DNA of 60,544 nt, filler included, from Nemertoderma westbladi (Eukaryota > Animalia > Xenacoelomorpha), in the NCBI GenBank assembly GCA_032718475.1. It is 3 parts of 3 records of this genome, joined end to end, with 100 filler letters (N's around TTAATTAATTAA, not from the genome) between each part and the next. Parts side by side here need not be neighbours in the genome. Positions count along the whole stretch, not along the records: positions 1 to 22,200 come from JAUCBJ010002407.1; 2 more parts are not named here. The stretch is one strand, 5' to 3'. How positions within the stretch are numbered: position 1 is the stretch's first letter; every line of letters begins with the position of its first letter. A program made the translations under genes and the position numbers. A model generated the notes under the pieces. The model saw nothing but the letters and a program-made list of their open reading frames with translations, was not told where the DNA came from and searched no databases. This document shows positions 1 through 13,361 of the stretch, in pieces.

Positions 1-2949
1 TTTCCGAAGTCTGTTTCCATTTTTAGTGAAGTCTATTATGTCTGATTGTCTGTCTGTCTGTATGTCCGTCTGTCAAAATATAAGGAAAACCTTCCAATTA
101 GATAACAGTTTTGTTATGGAGGTTTTCCTGGTTGCTGATTTCATTTCGGACGTCAGTTTTCACTTTTAACAAAACTTTTAACAGACTTTTTGTCTGTCGG
201 TTTTGCGGTCTGCCCAGCGATCTGTCTGTCAAAATACAGTAATAGGAATGCATACTAACCAGCTAGAAATTTAGTTATAGAGGTTTTCATGGTTGTTGAT
301 TTCATTTCATTTAGTCAACCCCCGGAACCCATTAATTTATTTGCGGTATAATCACGATTATAGAACTTAGTGCAAATATGATATGAAAAATCACCACAAA
401 ATCAAATTGATTTTATGACCATATAGGTTTTTTGGGATGCTGATCACGAATATGACACTGAAATATATCGTACATTGTTGATTAGGCCATTTTTGGATAC
501 GTGTCAATGTGCGGCACGAAAAATACAAATAGCACAAATTTGATAATAAAAAATCATTACCAAATCCACCTGATTTTTAGACACTATTGGTTTTCTGAGA
601 CGCTGATCACGAATATGACACTCAAAATTATCGTATTATCCAACCAAATCTATTTTTGTCGTTTGAAATATTTTGCTACTTGTATTTTTCGTCCCACCTG
701 ACAAGCACCAAAAATGATAGATGCGTTACCACGTATGATTTTTAACGAGTTGTATCGTGATCAGCGACCTTGAAAACCAGTAAAGCTTTAGAATTACCAA
801 ACCAAAGCCAAAATTTAACAGTTTATAATCTTGTGCTACTTGTATTGTAATTTTCATTCTGGGGCACCAGAATGGCACAAAAATTGGGTTTGCATTTACC
901 AGAAATATTTATAACTAGTTTCATCGTAATCAGCGACCTCGAAAACCCATGTTCAGAATTATCAAACCAAACACAATATTTTTTAGTTTGACATTTTTTT
1001 ACTTGTACTTTTCGTCCTGAAGGACCAAAATAGCACCAAAAATGATGGTTACAGTAAATAAAATGAGTTATCAAGTTTGTAATCACAAGTTAGATATATT
1101 CATAATACAGCCGGATGTTTATGTAGGCCTAAATAGTGTACAATAATACACAAGTATAGACGTGCTTATTCAGACCTATCTCAGTACACTCATACCGATA
1201 GCCAGTCTAGTACAGTTACATTGCCAGAAGACATTTTATTTTTAACAAGTTTTCATTCTATTTTTAACAAGTTTTATTTAAGCCAATTACGTTGTAAAAT
1301 AGCCCGGGCCAGATAGGGTTAAAAAGGTATTGCATTGTTGCCCCGCTACGTATGGATTAAACAAATTGTTCCAGAACATGTCTTATTTATTTTAATAGAA
1401 TAAATAGCCTCGCGCAGATGCAAAACAAGGCAACATTTGAACGCTATGCTATTTTCAACGAAATTCAGATTATGGTTCATATTTTGAATCCTTGCACGGC
1501 ATGGTCAGTTTTCGAAATTCTAACAGCACCAACAAATCACTATAAGGTTGAATAATAACTGCGGTGTAACTGGTGCAATATCGACGGAGTCAACGATTGT
1601 ACTGTAGCTAAGGAATGAAGGCGAAAATAAAAATTCTGGCTCTCCCACCAAGGATGAGGGAGGTGATCCAGGTACAGGAATAACGACACCATATTCCAGG
1701 CCATGGGATTGCTGCTGCAGCAAATGCACCAGTAAACTATAATATGCTGCTATAATTTATCCAATTTTATTTTATCGCAACCCTATTTTTCATAACTGCT
1801 GTTCACCTTCCCTCGGCCTAGCGGCCCTAGCCCCTAAGTTACTAACTCCATCCATCCTATAACTGCACTTCCATAGCTGAATCACCACAACTTACGAGAT
1901 CTTTGCCAGCTACTCATCACGTAGGGTATACATTTTTTCAGCTACCACCGAAGTTCAGGATATGCTAGTTTTTTCAATAAATATTTTATTCTTGAAATGT
2001 AATTTACTCATTCGCTATTGTGATGAAATAAATTTAGAAATATCGCAGTCCCTAAACCAGCTGACTAGGCTATTTATTTATAAAACATTGTAGATAAGAT
2101 CATATACTGTCGAATTACCGTATTATAATATCACACTTCACATTTCTAGGTTACAATAATGGCGCCGAAAGAAATACAATAACCGAAAATCCGTTACCGA
2201 GGTACAAGAACAATGAAAAGTGGGAGTGATGAATTTCATTGTATAGGACCACACTGCTGGAACCCAATACAATTACAATAGGGGGAGGGGGGGGGGGGGG
2301 GGGGGGGTGTGAATTGCCATTCCCTTGATTTGGGCTATTCTAGCAGATTGTGGATATAGGCTGTCGATTATTGACTAAGATGACCGATCACACATCCCAT
2401 ATAAACCGCGTTCGGGGATTTTATTGGAAAGTGTGGTGTGAGTAAGTACGTATCCACCACACGGATGCTATAATACATTGACAATAAGTTATAAGGCGAT
2501 CTCTGTGGTTGATCTTCAAAGTCTAATAGGGACAAGACGCCGCATCAGAGGGCAAATAATAGCTAACGGTTTTCACCATAGCTTCAGGTTGTGCTCCAAA
2601 ACACTCTACTAAATTTCCGGCTTCCTCATCTCGCGTTTTAGACTGCCGTATTTTTGGAACACTTGCGCCGTCCACAAGGAAGTACTTTTTTACCAAGGGA
2701 AAAAGTAATCCATAGGATTGTATTGATTTTACTTTTATCCCTGCGAAAAGGGTAAAATAAAATAATTTTGGTAGAATTTCTTAAATAGTATTACATGTGG
2801 AAACTTTGAAAGAGCGAGCATCGAAGTAAAAAGGTTTGCACGTAATTTGAGCAAATTACATTCACACACTCAAAAGTTATAGCAACTTTAGTGTCTGCAA
2901 GGCGAACTCCAAAATGGAACTCAATATCCAATGTTGGTTTATGTAGTTA

Positions 2950-3155
2950 AGCGGCTCTCTAGTTATGTAATAAATATTCGAGAACACTAAATTATTTAAC
3001 ATTGAGTAAAGCAGCATCAGGAGTTGAATAGTACAATTGAATCGCAGTAACTATGGAAGCAATATAATAAAATACTGCTGTTCAATTTATTTTGTAACAC
3101 CATTATATCAGTCTATCTTTTATTAAAGAATTGAGCAACAAAAAAGTACCAATTT
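2950..3155. repeat. Dispersed ~200-bp repeat; second copy at ~13460-13660 in ATG16L1 intron 2
   Basis: Shared sequence agcggctctctagttatgtaat...gagaacactaaattatttaacattgagta...gtaccaatttaagaa at both loci. Confidence 0.7.
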
Positions 3156-3554
3156 AAGAATAAAATTACGTATTACATGGGTAAAAAACGAATAATATTT
3201 TTTTTTCAATATTTTATCGACCCTTTATTAACCTCGCTGACGCTCGGTAAATAAAATGCCTCGAAAATAATGAAAAAAAGTTCTCCTTTTTTCCCATATG
3301 TAATAAATATATTCTTTTGGGAAATCAATTTGGAATATTATCAATTTTATTTTATTCTTAGTTTTAAACTATTAAAAATAATCGTTGATTATCAATAAAG
3401 AGAATATCGTTTATCGGTTTATCATAAAAGCGAAATTCCATGAAGATTTTATTTTGATTTGGTTGTAAATTAAAAACCAATATATAGAGTATGGAATATA
3501 AAAATAATAATAACCAAAATTCCCAGAGTCATAATCGAATAGCGAATTAATTAG

Positions 3555-4859
3555 TTACATATTGAGGGCGCAGTATTGTATAACAGCGTAATTACCGCAA
3601 ACCATCCAATCAGATCGCTCGCTTTCCGCCCGTTTCCACTGAGTTTCAGCCAATCCACAGCAGGTGTCCGCCTTGAGTGCGCGAAGTGCAACGAACGGCG
3701 CTGGGCGAAACCCATTCGCCGCCGCAACTAAAGGCGTCTCGAGAGGCCACCGCCGGTCCCGAACTAACTTGCGGTAATTCAAGTCACCTTTAAACACAAC
3801 CAAACGGCTAGCAGAGAGAGTTGAGTACAAATCGGGGGCGAGAGATTCCATATGGCTAAAGTCCCAAGGGGAGGTCCAGAATGGGTGGTCCGTTACGGCC
3901 CAGGAACCGGCCTCCAGATAACCGGTCCACCGCGCAGACAGACCAGCGAGGTCTGCGGTACGAGACATCTCCTCCAACGTCCAGCTGAGATCGCGAGAAG
4001 TCGCATCGGATACGAACCACGGGATCGACTTAACGTGAAGTAGAACCGAATCCACGAGGTTGTTGTCGATCAAATAATCCGCTAAACAGAGATCCGAGAA
4101 CAGCTCGAATCCGGCGTTGTCAAGGACCAAGTCGATCGATCGGGGACCGCTGTCTGCGATTAGGAGGTCAATGACCTCGACACTATCGTCGCTAAGAATA
4201 AAAGAATCGTGTGAGTAAATCTGATCCACAAAGGAGGAGCTCGGGAGGTTCTCTTCACCCCCAGATAATGATAAGTCGAAACGGTTTCCCCATAACGACA
4301 ACCGAATTAAACTTTTCAAATCATTCCTCAAAAGAGTTCGATCTTTCAATCCTGTGTTTCGCAGACTGGACAAGTAGTTTGACAAACCGAGGACCGCTCT
4401 TTGGCTACTAACGAAGCTGTTCCTTTTCTGGGTGAGGAATGGGTCCAGGGAGGTTAAGTGTCGACTCAACTGAACCGCTTCCCATATTGACCAATACATG
4501 TGGCATTCCACCAAAAGCCACGGCGCCTCAAATGGTAATACTTCACCTGTGAGACTCTCTTTCGCGGCTTCCTCTAAGGCTCGCCCCCACAGACGAGTTG
4601 CCTCGCATTCTTCCGATCGCGGTGGTCGCAACGGTTTGTTTGTCTGCAAGCGATACCGCTGCTCCGATAAACTCCCGACTATTCGTTTTAGATCTTCGCA
4701 ACTATCAGGGTCGCCGCAGTGTTGCGATTTTTGCCGATATACCTGATCAACTGTTTTGGAATAAATAGCGGGAAGACGATCTTTGATGGTGGTGTAAGCG
4801 AATGAATTAGCATCAGATGCGCTGAGCTTCGCAGCGTCTTCAACGCTCATCGACATCAT
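3555..4859 (-). CDS. ARMT1: Damage-control phosphatase ARMT1/DCPH1 (DUF89 family), intronless, 434 aa
   Basis: Uninterrupted ORF with ARMT1 motifs FAYTTIKDRLP, APWLLVECHMY, SLWGNRFDLSL, LVLDNAGFELFSDLCLAD, HVKSIPWFVSD and FKGDLNYRKLV. Confidence 0.95.
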   Translation of the reverse strand: MMSMSVEDAAKLSASDANSFAYTTIKDRLPAIYSKTVDQVYRQKSQHCGDPDSCEDLKRIVGSLSEQRYRLQTNKPLRPPRSEECEATRLWGRALEEAAKESLTGEVLPFEAPWLLVECHMYWSIWEAVQLSRHLTSLDPFLTQKRNSFVSSQRAVLGLSNYLSSLRNTGLKDRTLLRNDLKSLIRLSLWGNRFDLSLSGGEENLPSSSFVDQIYSHDSFILSDDSVEVIDLLIADSGPRSIDLVLDNAGFELFSDLCLADYLIDNNLVDSVLLHVKSIPWFVSDATSRDLSWTLEEMSRTADLAGLSARWTGYLEAGSWAVTDHPFWTSPWDFSHMESLAPDLYSTLSASRLVVFKGDLNYRKLVRDRRWPLETPLVAAANGFRPAPFVALRALKADTCCGLAETQWKRAESERSDWMVCGNYAVIQYCALNM

Positions 4860-6399
4860 AGGCCTAATAAATTAATGTAAAACGTGCAACAATGAATTAT
4901 GCTGACCTGAATGGCAATGGAATAATGGTAACTCGAAGCGGGATGCCTTACTGCCTTTATACAGTATTTTCTTAGTGAAAAAATATCGTGCAAAAGTTGT
5001 GCTGTTAAATAAAAATACATAAAATTAAAATTGTAACATTTAATTTGAATTGATACAATCTAAATTAAATTGAAGTTGTTCCAAATGTCGGTACAACCTA
5101 ATGCAACTGTGTACTGGACTGGACTGGCCTATGAAGATCTGATAAAACAAAATAAAACATGTAAAAATAATATAGGCCTAATCCATTCAAACCAGTCAGG
5201 TCGGGATCGCAAGATCTTGCTACCACTATAGCAGTAATGGGGTAAAATCGGTTCCAGTACATGCAAAATGACATTTTTGCAAAATGACATGTCGAAATGT
5301 CATTTTGACAAACATAGATAGCATAACATAGCATATCATAGCTTAACATAGCATGAGTACACCCACTTGGCAATTTTTTGAAGTTCTAAAACCCGTTGAT
5401 TTTCTGACTGTACTGGTATATATTATATATATACCAATTGAGGGAAAGGAGAAGGTTACAGGCAGGCTTTTCTAACCAAAACAATAAACGGCCACTTTAC
5501 CAATTGATGGAAAGGAGCAGGTTTACAGAGGAGACCTATTGTCCATCGGAAACCTGACCGTGGTATCCGAACGTTGCAAAGGTAAGATCGGTGTGAATTC
5601 AACTTACTCATACATCTCTAATGTAGATGTACGGCGATTCTTAAGGTTCAGCGGGTACCGGTATAGGTTTAATAGTCTAATACACTTTAAATTAAGTCAC
5701 AGCAGTTGGGAAACATCAGAAACGTTATTAATTAACAGTCAAAACAATTAACAGGCAAAGGAGTTGCAGCATTGTATATAAACTAATGTTACCGGTACTA
5801 CGAGAGTTAGAAAAAAGTACACAATAATCAATATATTAGGTTACGTATGAACAATGGCAGAATGGGGAGTGTGCACAAATTTTCAATAAAAAAAAGAGTG
5901 GACATTATTCTAGAGGTTAGTAGATTCTGGTTCAGTCAATCCTTTAGTGCCACCAGCCTCCAGCTCACCAGACCAGGGTGGGGTGTTGTGAACTTCAGAG
6001 GTAGGACTTTATAGTACAGTAGTCAGGTAGTAGGCCTAATTATTGAGTGATGACTTGACACTCTGTCAGGCTATTCAAGGATTCAACTATCCCTCCCTCC
6101 CATCTGCCAATCATATACCTGTATACAACTGTATAAAATAATCAACCAACCACAAACCAGTAAACTTTCCCCAGTTGCCAGTACAGTATGCAGTACATTA
6201 CATCATTACAAGTGCAGAGGAGAATTTTGAAGTTGAAGTACAACATTCTGACATTACTACAGTGTTGTTATGTACCACCTGTGTACTACTGTACTACAAC
6301 AACTGTACAACAGTTTACAGTTTTTACACTGGCAGACTGGTACAAGGCGTTTTTATGCAACTGTCAGACCCGTATCCGGAACCTGAAAATCTGTAGAAT

Positions 6400-8500
6400 G
6401 TTGATTATATAGTAGGCTGCTGCAGAAACAGGAACAAGGAAAAGGAAACAGGAAAAGGGCCCCCTGGACTGACAACAAAACCCAGAAGTGCCGAAATGAC
6501 CTATATATAAAGGCGCAGAAAGAGTCCCGACTCAAACAGACTACAGCGGCCAAGAATGCAGTTAAGGCTGCATCTAGGTCCCTGAACAGGCAGTACTCTG
6601 TTAATCTACAGGAGCTAATAAACCAACAGGTTGATGCCATCAATGATGCTGACGACAGCAGGCAATCATCCCAGACATGGAAATCTATCAACTTGCTTAC
6701 TGGGCGGAAAAGCCAACCAACTGACCAACCACCAAGGGTTAAGGCTGAATCACCTGCCGATCGCCTCAATGGTTGGATGGCCCACTTTGAAAAGCTCATC
6801 AATAATGACAGGATATTGCCTGATAACTTTATATTACTGTATAGAAGTAAAAGTGTCTGAGTCTGTACTCCCAGATATTCCCATTGGCGATATCTCCTTT
6901 GCAGAAGTGAAGGCGGCTGCAAAGAGCATTAAGACCAATCGTGCCAGTGGAGTAGATGGTGTTCCCCCTGAGGTCTTTAAAATACCTGAGTGTTTAAAGC
7001 TCATCTATCCCATCATAGTAGACATGTACCGAACAACAAGAGTCCCACAAGAAATGAAAAAAAATAAGTTGGTGCCAGTTCCCAAGAAGGGCAACCTAAC
7101 ATTCTATGGTTCTTTTCGGGGAATCTCATTGATCTCGATTGCTGCAAAGCTATACAATAGAATTCTATTAAATCGCATCAGGGATCCCATTGAGAGACTG
7201 CTCCGTGGAAATCAGAATGGGTTCCGTAAAGGTCGTGGAACCATGGAACCCATTTTGGCACTTAGAAGGATAATTGAAGAGTTATCAAAAAAGAAAGACA
7301 GGCATCTGGCTGTTATCTTTGTTGACTTCTTCAAGGCCTTTAAATCAGTCCCCCGCTCTCGTATGTTCAGCATACTTTCATTATATGGGATTCCTGATGA
7401 AATTATTGCAGCAATCAGATCACTATACGATGGTTCGACAACATTTGTGTCTACTGTTGATGGTGACACAGAACCATTTGAAGTGTTATGGGGCGTCCTC
7501 CAGGGAGACACACTTGCACCATTCTTGTTCATAATTGTGGTTGACTATGTTCTACGCATGTCCTTAGATCATCATAATGATGATGGGGTGATGATAACTC
7601 CACTTAATGGCTCCAGAAGTGGAGGGAAATCCTGCCAAGTACCTAACTGATCTAGACTTTGCTGATGACTTAGGAGTACACTCAGAATCACTAGAGGGAG
7701 CCCAACGGCTCCTCAGCTCATTAGAACATGCTGCTTCTAGTTTTGGTCTTTTTATTAACTCCAGAAAGACCAAAATTTTGACAGGTAACTTTGAAAGTTC
7801 TCAGCAAGTCTCTGATCGGATGAGCATAAGCTCAAAGGATGGTATGCTTGCGCATGTGGACGACTTCTGTTACCTGGGATCATGGATCCGGAAGTCAGGT
7901 GAGGACCTTCGAATACGTAAGGGAAAGGCATGGGCAGCCTTGAATAGGCTTTCCAGGATTTGGAAGTCACCGAAAAATAATCGGAAACTTAAGGTCCGAT
8001 TATTTAGAGCAGCAGTAGTTCCAGTACTCCTCTATGGGAGTCCATGCTGGGCTCTAACTGCTGAGGACACCAAATCTCTGGATGGCACATTCACAAGAAT
8101 GCTACGCCGGGTTCATTGTGTCAAGTACAAATGAACACATCTCCAACCAGACACTATACAGTATAACATTGGAGGTGTCTCATTGGTTCCCCCAAGCTTG
8201 ACACTAGAACAAAATCGCCTCTGCTTTGCAGGACATTGCTTTCGCCGTGAGGACCAGCCAGTGCATAATCTTGTTCTTTGGCAGCCTCATGTTAATTGCA
8301 TATTAATTAACAGCACATATTAATTGTGGACAGCCCATGACTTTCTTGAGACGCATCTTAAAGGACACTGGCCTTGAAGATGCGGATGATCTAGCAAATG
8401 TCATGGGTGATAGGGAGTTGTGGCGGCGCAATTTTGTCGACAAGCCGGCACAGCATTCTTAAAAATGCAGCTGCAATGCAGCATGCCGATACTAGTAGTA
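6400..8500 (+). mobile_element. 5'-truncated, frameshifted non-LTR retrotransposon (RTE/RTEX-like LINE), copy A
   Basis: RT motifs VPVPKKGNL, FRGISL, QNGFRKGR, GVLQGDTLAPFLFIIVVDYVLR, DLDFADDL and FCYLGS across ORFs 6631-7650 and 7607-8134; (TAG)n tail; ~28-bp direct repeat gtatccgg(a/t)acctgaaaatc(t/c)gtagaat at 6372-6399 and 8501-8528 as target-site duplication. Confidence 0.92.
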
Positions 8501-9295
8501 GTATCCGGTACCTGAAAATCCGTAGAATTATATACTGTAGTAGGCCTTTAATCAACAGTCCACGTAATTACTGTATAGGATAATTATTTCCTGTATTACA
8601 GTGTTGCACAATGGTAAACATTTAAAAGCCAATGGGATGATTCATTCTTTAAGTTCCCTTTCAGCTTCAGCCTATGTAAATGATTGAGCCATTCAGGTTA
8701 CAATTTACCGGCTTCAGTCGAGAGAGGGCTGTTGCGCTGTCAGTCAGAGAGGTAACAGCCTGTGGGGTAAGGATTTACCTCTGGGACCTGTATTAGGCAA
8801 AATAGCAGTAGCTGTGTAGGCCCACCAGTACTGTGCACGGTACAAGACCCGAAATTTAGCCTACATCTGTAAATAATACACGGTTTCGCGGTACAAGACC
8901 ATATAAATTAGACCACCATCTGTAAAATGCTCGCCTGAGTTCAGAAATTGCACAGATGTCAGGATGTGCTGATTCTATATCATGCACTAGGCCTAACGGA
9001 TTCTGGTAGCCTGGAACTAGACCACCTGACCACTACAAAAACTGATGCAACAGAGCGAGGTGCCGTTAGCCTAACATTTCTCGGAGGCTGGTCCGATAAC
9101 ACTCAACGCATTGTTTGGTTGGACATTGACATTACCGGTATTGCATTACAGTGTACATTACTGCATTATTACATACGGATTAGTATGGATTGAGAAATTG
9201 GATATATTTGACGTCAATGGAGGTTTGGTTTGAGAAATTAATACAGTAATATCACGTAGGCCTACCTAATCATATCTTTGCGTTAATTATTACTA

Positions 9296-9481
9296 GATAC
9301 ACTGGCCCCCAGCCACCTTCAACAAACCATCATTGCCGAGGGGCACTCAGCTAAGGGGGCGGAGCGCATTAAAAACTCTAAGTATCGCGACCTAATGGAC
9401 CGGGGCCATTTATTTCACCCCGTGGCCTTTGAGACCTTTGGCCGCCCTGGTCCAGAGACATCCACCTTCCTCCGGGAGATC
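9296..9481 (+). pseudogene. Fragment of the restriction-like endonuclease C-terminus of a CRE-type non-LTR retrotransposon
   Basis: Manual translation DTLAPSHLQQTIIAEGHSAKGAERIKNSKYRDLMDRGHYFTPVAFETFGRPGPETSTFLREI fits the DTLAPSH...AE..K..KY...F.P.A.ET.G pattern. Confidence 0.7.
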
Positions 9482-10479
9482 CGGGTGACCTTGGCTTAAC
9501 GAGCCTAAAAGATTCTCCATTCAAATATTCAATTCGGTACTGTACCTTCAATTAAATATTCAATCTTAGTATTATTGGTAATTTCCGGTAATTTCTGTGC
9601 TTCGTTATTTAATAATGTGATTAGATAAAAAAAATAAATTAATGAAATATAATTATTAATCTGTTAATTATTACAAAAAAAAATCCAACATTATATTAAC
9701 ATTTATATAGTTTTGAATTAAATGTTTCGAAATCAACAGTCATTCAATGAACTTATACAGCAGTGTCATATATCGCGTATCCCTTGGTTTAATCACTATT
9801 CTTTATTCAAGTATAACTGAATCCTGGCCCGCGCCTTCACCCTCCACTGATAATTTAAAATCGTAACTTATTCAATCTTTGACTAAATTATACCAAACTT
9901 GGTAAACATGTAATCTTTGTCTATCGGCTAAAATAAACACAACTTGCTAAAGTTTCCCCTATAATGTTTTTTCCTATAGAACAGGATGCAGTTTTATTTT
10001 AGTCGTAAACAAGCTGTTATTTGCGTCGATTTTCACCTGGAGAGGGAAGAATATTGATTGCCCCCCCCCCCCCCCCCCCCCCTACCTGCAGTTAAGTGAA
10101 AATATTTCGGCACCATTTAATTTTATTATCACGGTCGCGTATCAAGTAGTCTGTCAAAAGATACAATTTATTATAAACATAACAAAAATTAATTATAATA
10201 ATTCAAAAAATATAAGGCAGATCTTCCTAAAGTTAGCTCTTTAGTCTTTAGCAATCTTATACATTGACAAGACTTATAAAATAATTGATGTTGAATAATT
10301 TATTATTAAGATTAAAACATATTATTAGGAATTCGAAGAAAGCAAATTGTATTGAGTTAGTATTGGCAAGTTAATCTCACAAACCAGTCTAGTCTAACTT
10401 TAGAGTAGCCTTGTTCGCATTGTTCCAGGTTTAGGCCTATAGATTCCACCGTCTTCGTTCCAGGTTTAATTCTGTAATA

Positions 10480-10778
10480 GACTCCGTTATCCGTCTCGAT
10501 CGCTTCGCTATGCACCATCTTACTTGGTTTAATAAACTCCATCGCCTTCCTGTCGTTCTCTGTTTTGTAGATTACTTCGCCATCGTCTGATCGCTTTGGT
10601 TGCGTGTTTAATACTGTAATAGACTCCGTTATCCGCCTCGATCGCTTCGCTATGCACATCTTACTGGGTTTAATAAACTCAGAAACTCCATCGCCTTCCT
10701 GTCGTTCGCTGTTTTGTAGATTACTTCGCCATCATCTGATCGCTTTGGTTGCGTGTTTAATACTGTAATAGACTCCGC
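10480..10778. repeat. Tandem duplication of a ~140-150-bp unit inside an AGACTCC-rich subrepeat region
   Basis: agactccgttatccg..tcgatcgcttcgctatgcac...tgcgtgtttaatactgtaat occurs twice in tandem. Confidence 0.75.
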
Positions 10779-11810
10779 CGCCATTGTATCGTTCTGAATA
10801 CATTGAATAGACTCCATCAGTCCATTGTCCATCGCGATCGTTTCATTTTTACGTTTAATTGACTCCGTCGCCTCCTCGGATTAGGAATCCGGCCGGGTTT
10901 CGTAGATTCCGCCATCGTTCAGCAGTTCAGTGTTTTTAATCAAAGCCAAAATTCCGGCACCGGCACCACGATCAACGATTTCGGAAGTAACAGACTCCGT
11001 CAACAACACTCGGGGTTTAAAAAATACAACTATCAGGCAACTAGTAACTGGGCGATCATCTATCTGATAGTTGAAAAAGACTGTCTGACAGTTGGTATCA
11101 GACTATCTGATAGTTAGCGCCCCATGGGTAAATCCTTACCCCATGGGCTGTTACCTCTCTGACTGACAGCGCAACAGCCCCTATACTTTCAGTCCGCCAT
11201 TTGTCCAGACAACAAAGAGCGGATTCTTAGTTTGGAAGTCGATAATTCAAATTGACCGCGCGGATTTTGGCAATCCCCAGTCCGCCAGTCCGCTCTTTAC
11301 ATGCACCCGTGCAGTATTGGAGTGGAGGCTGATAATTCTGAATTTTGATTCTGTCAGTCTGTTATTATATTATATTTCTGTTAAACAGTTAAATGTCAGC
11401 GCCAGCCTGTCCAGCTGTCTACAGTCTGGCTGTCTGGTGACGGTGACTGGTTCTGTCTGGACTGGATGTGCTGTGCGTGTGCATGTGTCTATGGCCTGAT
11501 GGCTGTCTGGGCCGGGAACGTCACAGGCTGACAGGCAATACGACGGCAAGTATTAAACTACCTGACTGACTATGGATTATGGATGGACTACTAATACTGT
11601 TCTGTTGTAGGCCTACCGTCAGACAATCCTAGCGGTAGACTGGCAGACCGGTAAAATAATGTAGGCCTAGGCCTAATCAGCTAATTCTATAATTAGTAAA
11701 TCAGTCCTGCTCCTGCATTCTGAAATACTTTTTCTGTGCTTCGCCAGAACAGCAGAACAGCCTCACACTCACACAGGAATCCTACAGCCTGAATTCTGCC
11801 AGATGTAACT

Positions 11811-12038
11811 ATGAACAGACCAAGCTTGGGACTTGTAGGAGGCGACACTCGAAGTTGGAGGAGGTTAATTTTGGATTCATTGCGGGATCGCAACAACATA
11901 GAAACGGTGCCGTTCCAAGATATCGTTAACAGTCACGCTAAACTTCTCGATTCTGTTGAGTCTTTACGTTTACAAACTATTCAACTCAGTGTAAAAAATG
12001 AGAAATTACGTCAGGAGAACACAGCTCTTGAGATACAG
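11811..12038 (+). CDS. ATG16L1: Autophagy-related protein 16-1, coding exon 1 (ATG5-binding helix)
   Basis: WRRLILDSLRDRNNIETVPFQDIVNSHAKLLDS resembles the ATG16L1 N-terminus; ends at CAG|GTAAGT, phase 0. Confidence 0.88.
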
Positions 12039-12432
12039 GTAAGTGAGCTAACCAAAGAATCTAGCAAAAATTGTCAAAACTTTAAGTAGGCCTACATTAG
12101 TACCAGTAAGGAAAACGAACTTTCTTTCCATAACTGCATAATCCCGATGTGCCGTCGATGTACGCCGGCCGCCACTACTGTAAACTGGGGAGACATGTAG
12201 TTACCCCATCACAATCCTGACTCTCCTGGTCCTGCATTCCCCATATTTGTCTGTTTGTGCGGTCGGACGACATTGCTTTGTATCTGACTGCCTGATATTG
12301 ACGACGTTATCGTGCCTGATATCAAATGTGTGGTTGGATGTATCATGTAGACAGACCATTATGCAGGTTTCCTAAACAATAACTTCCGGTATTTTATTAT
12401 TGTTACAGCTTTTCCGTTTTTCGTTTGTTTAG

Positions 12433-12585
12433 GGTGGAGGATCTGCTGGCGGGGATATCAAGGCCAACGAGCGGATCACTGGACTCGAAAAGAAATTGTT
12501 TAAGTTGCAGGAAGAGCTTACCGAATTACACAGACGTAAAGGGGAGAACGCCCAACAGGTGGTAGACCTCAGTACCGCTTTACAG
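12433..12585 (+). CDS. ATG16L1: ATG16L1 coding exon 2 (coiled coil)
   Basis: Pyrimidine tract and tttag acceptor; KLQEELTELHRRKGENAQQVVDL is characteristic of ATG16L1; CAG|GTAAGT donor; phase 0/0. Confidence 0.92.
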
Positions 12586-12737
12586 GTAAGTAGGCCGACA
12601 TCGGGAATGGAGTCTCGTAATCCAGTAGCGCGGATCCGATATCGGACCTGGTTGGCGCGTCTGTGTCAGATTGTTATTTCACCATAAATATGACGTCCAC
12701 TTGCACTTATCACATTGACTTAACAATAATTAAGTTA

Positions 12738-13361
12738 ATTAATTCTGAGCTTACATGCAAAAATTTAGGGTCCAATACAAAAGTATAAAAAGTGTATAGG
12801 CTATTCTTTAAACCTATCTTTCGTTATTTTTGATTTAATCACAATTAAAAAAATATAATTTATCCAGCGTTAGTCATCAGATTTACAGCCATGCTTCCCC
12901 TTTGCAGCACGGGGAGCTCCTCGATAGTGGCAAAGGATGTTGGCCCTTAAAAGGGCCGTTTTGGTTTGAGTTCAGTTTGATTATGTCACAGAATCACGAC
13001 CCTCTCTAAAAGTAACATCTCTGATCCTGTTAACCATACGTTTTTCTTCAGAGTCATCGAAGATTGTACTGGAACTTGTCATTTTAATTACTTCTGTTAG
13101 GCCTAATTCAGTAAAATTTCCAAAGAAACACAAATACCGGTAACTGAATACTGTATTATATTGCAATACAGCAAAAGTCAGGCAGTAATAACTGTTTAAA
13201 CAGGGCTGCGAAATCTGATGACTAACGCTGGATAAATGATATTTTTTTAATTGTGATTAAATAAAAAATATTGAAAAATAAGATTGGTTTAAAGAATAGC
13301 CTATAAAATTTTTATACTTTCGTATTGGACCCTAAATTTTTGCATGCTAGCTCAGAATTAA
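12738..13361. mobile_element. MITE-like element with ~150-bp inverted arms in ATG16L1 intron 2
   Basis: aattctgagc..catgcaaaaatttagggtccaatac...ccagcgttagtcatcagattt at 12740-12885 is mirrored at 13205-13360. Confidence 0.7.

Larger units (their letters stand above)
8726..11180. mobile_element. Putative non-autonomous DNA transposon bounded by ~55-bp terminal inverted repeats
   Basis: gggctgttgcgctgtcagtcagagaggtaacagcc..ggggtaaggatttacc at 8726-8780 and its reverse complement at ~11127-11180. No clear TSD and no transposase. Confidence 0.55.

Noticed and set aside
330-1322. Possible piggyBac-like element ending ...gatagggTTAA
   Set aside because: Only one plausible terminus; no matching left end or transposase seen.
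10357-10832. Two ORFs with repeated ESITVLNTQPKRSDDGEV peptides
   Set aside because: Explained by a DNA tandem duplication inside a repeat element; frames are broken.
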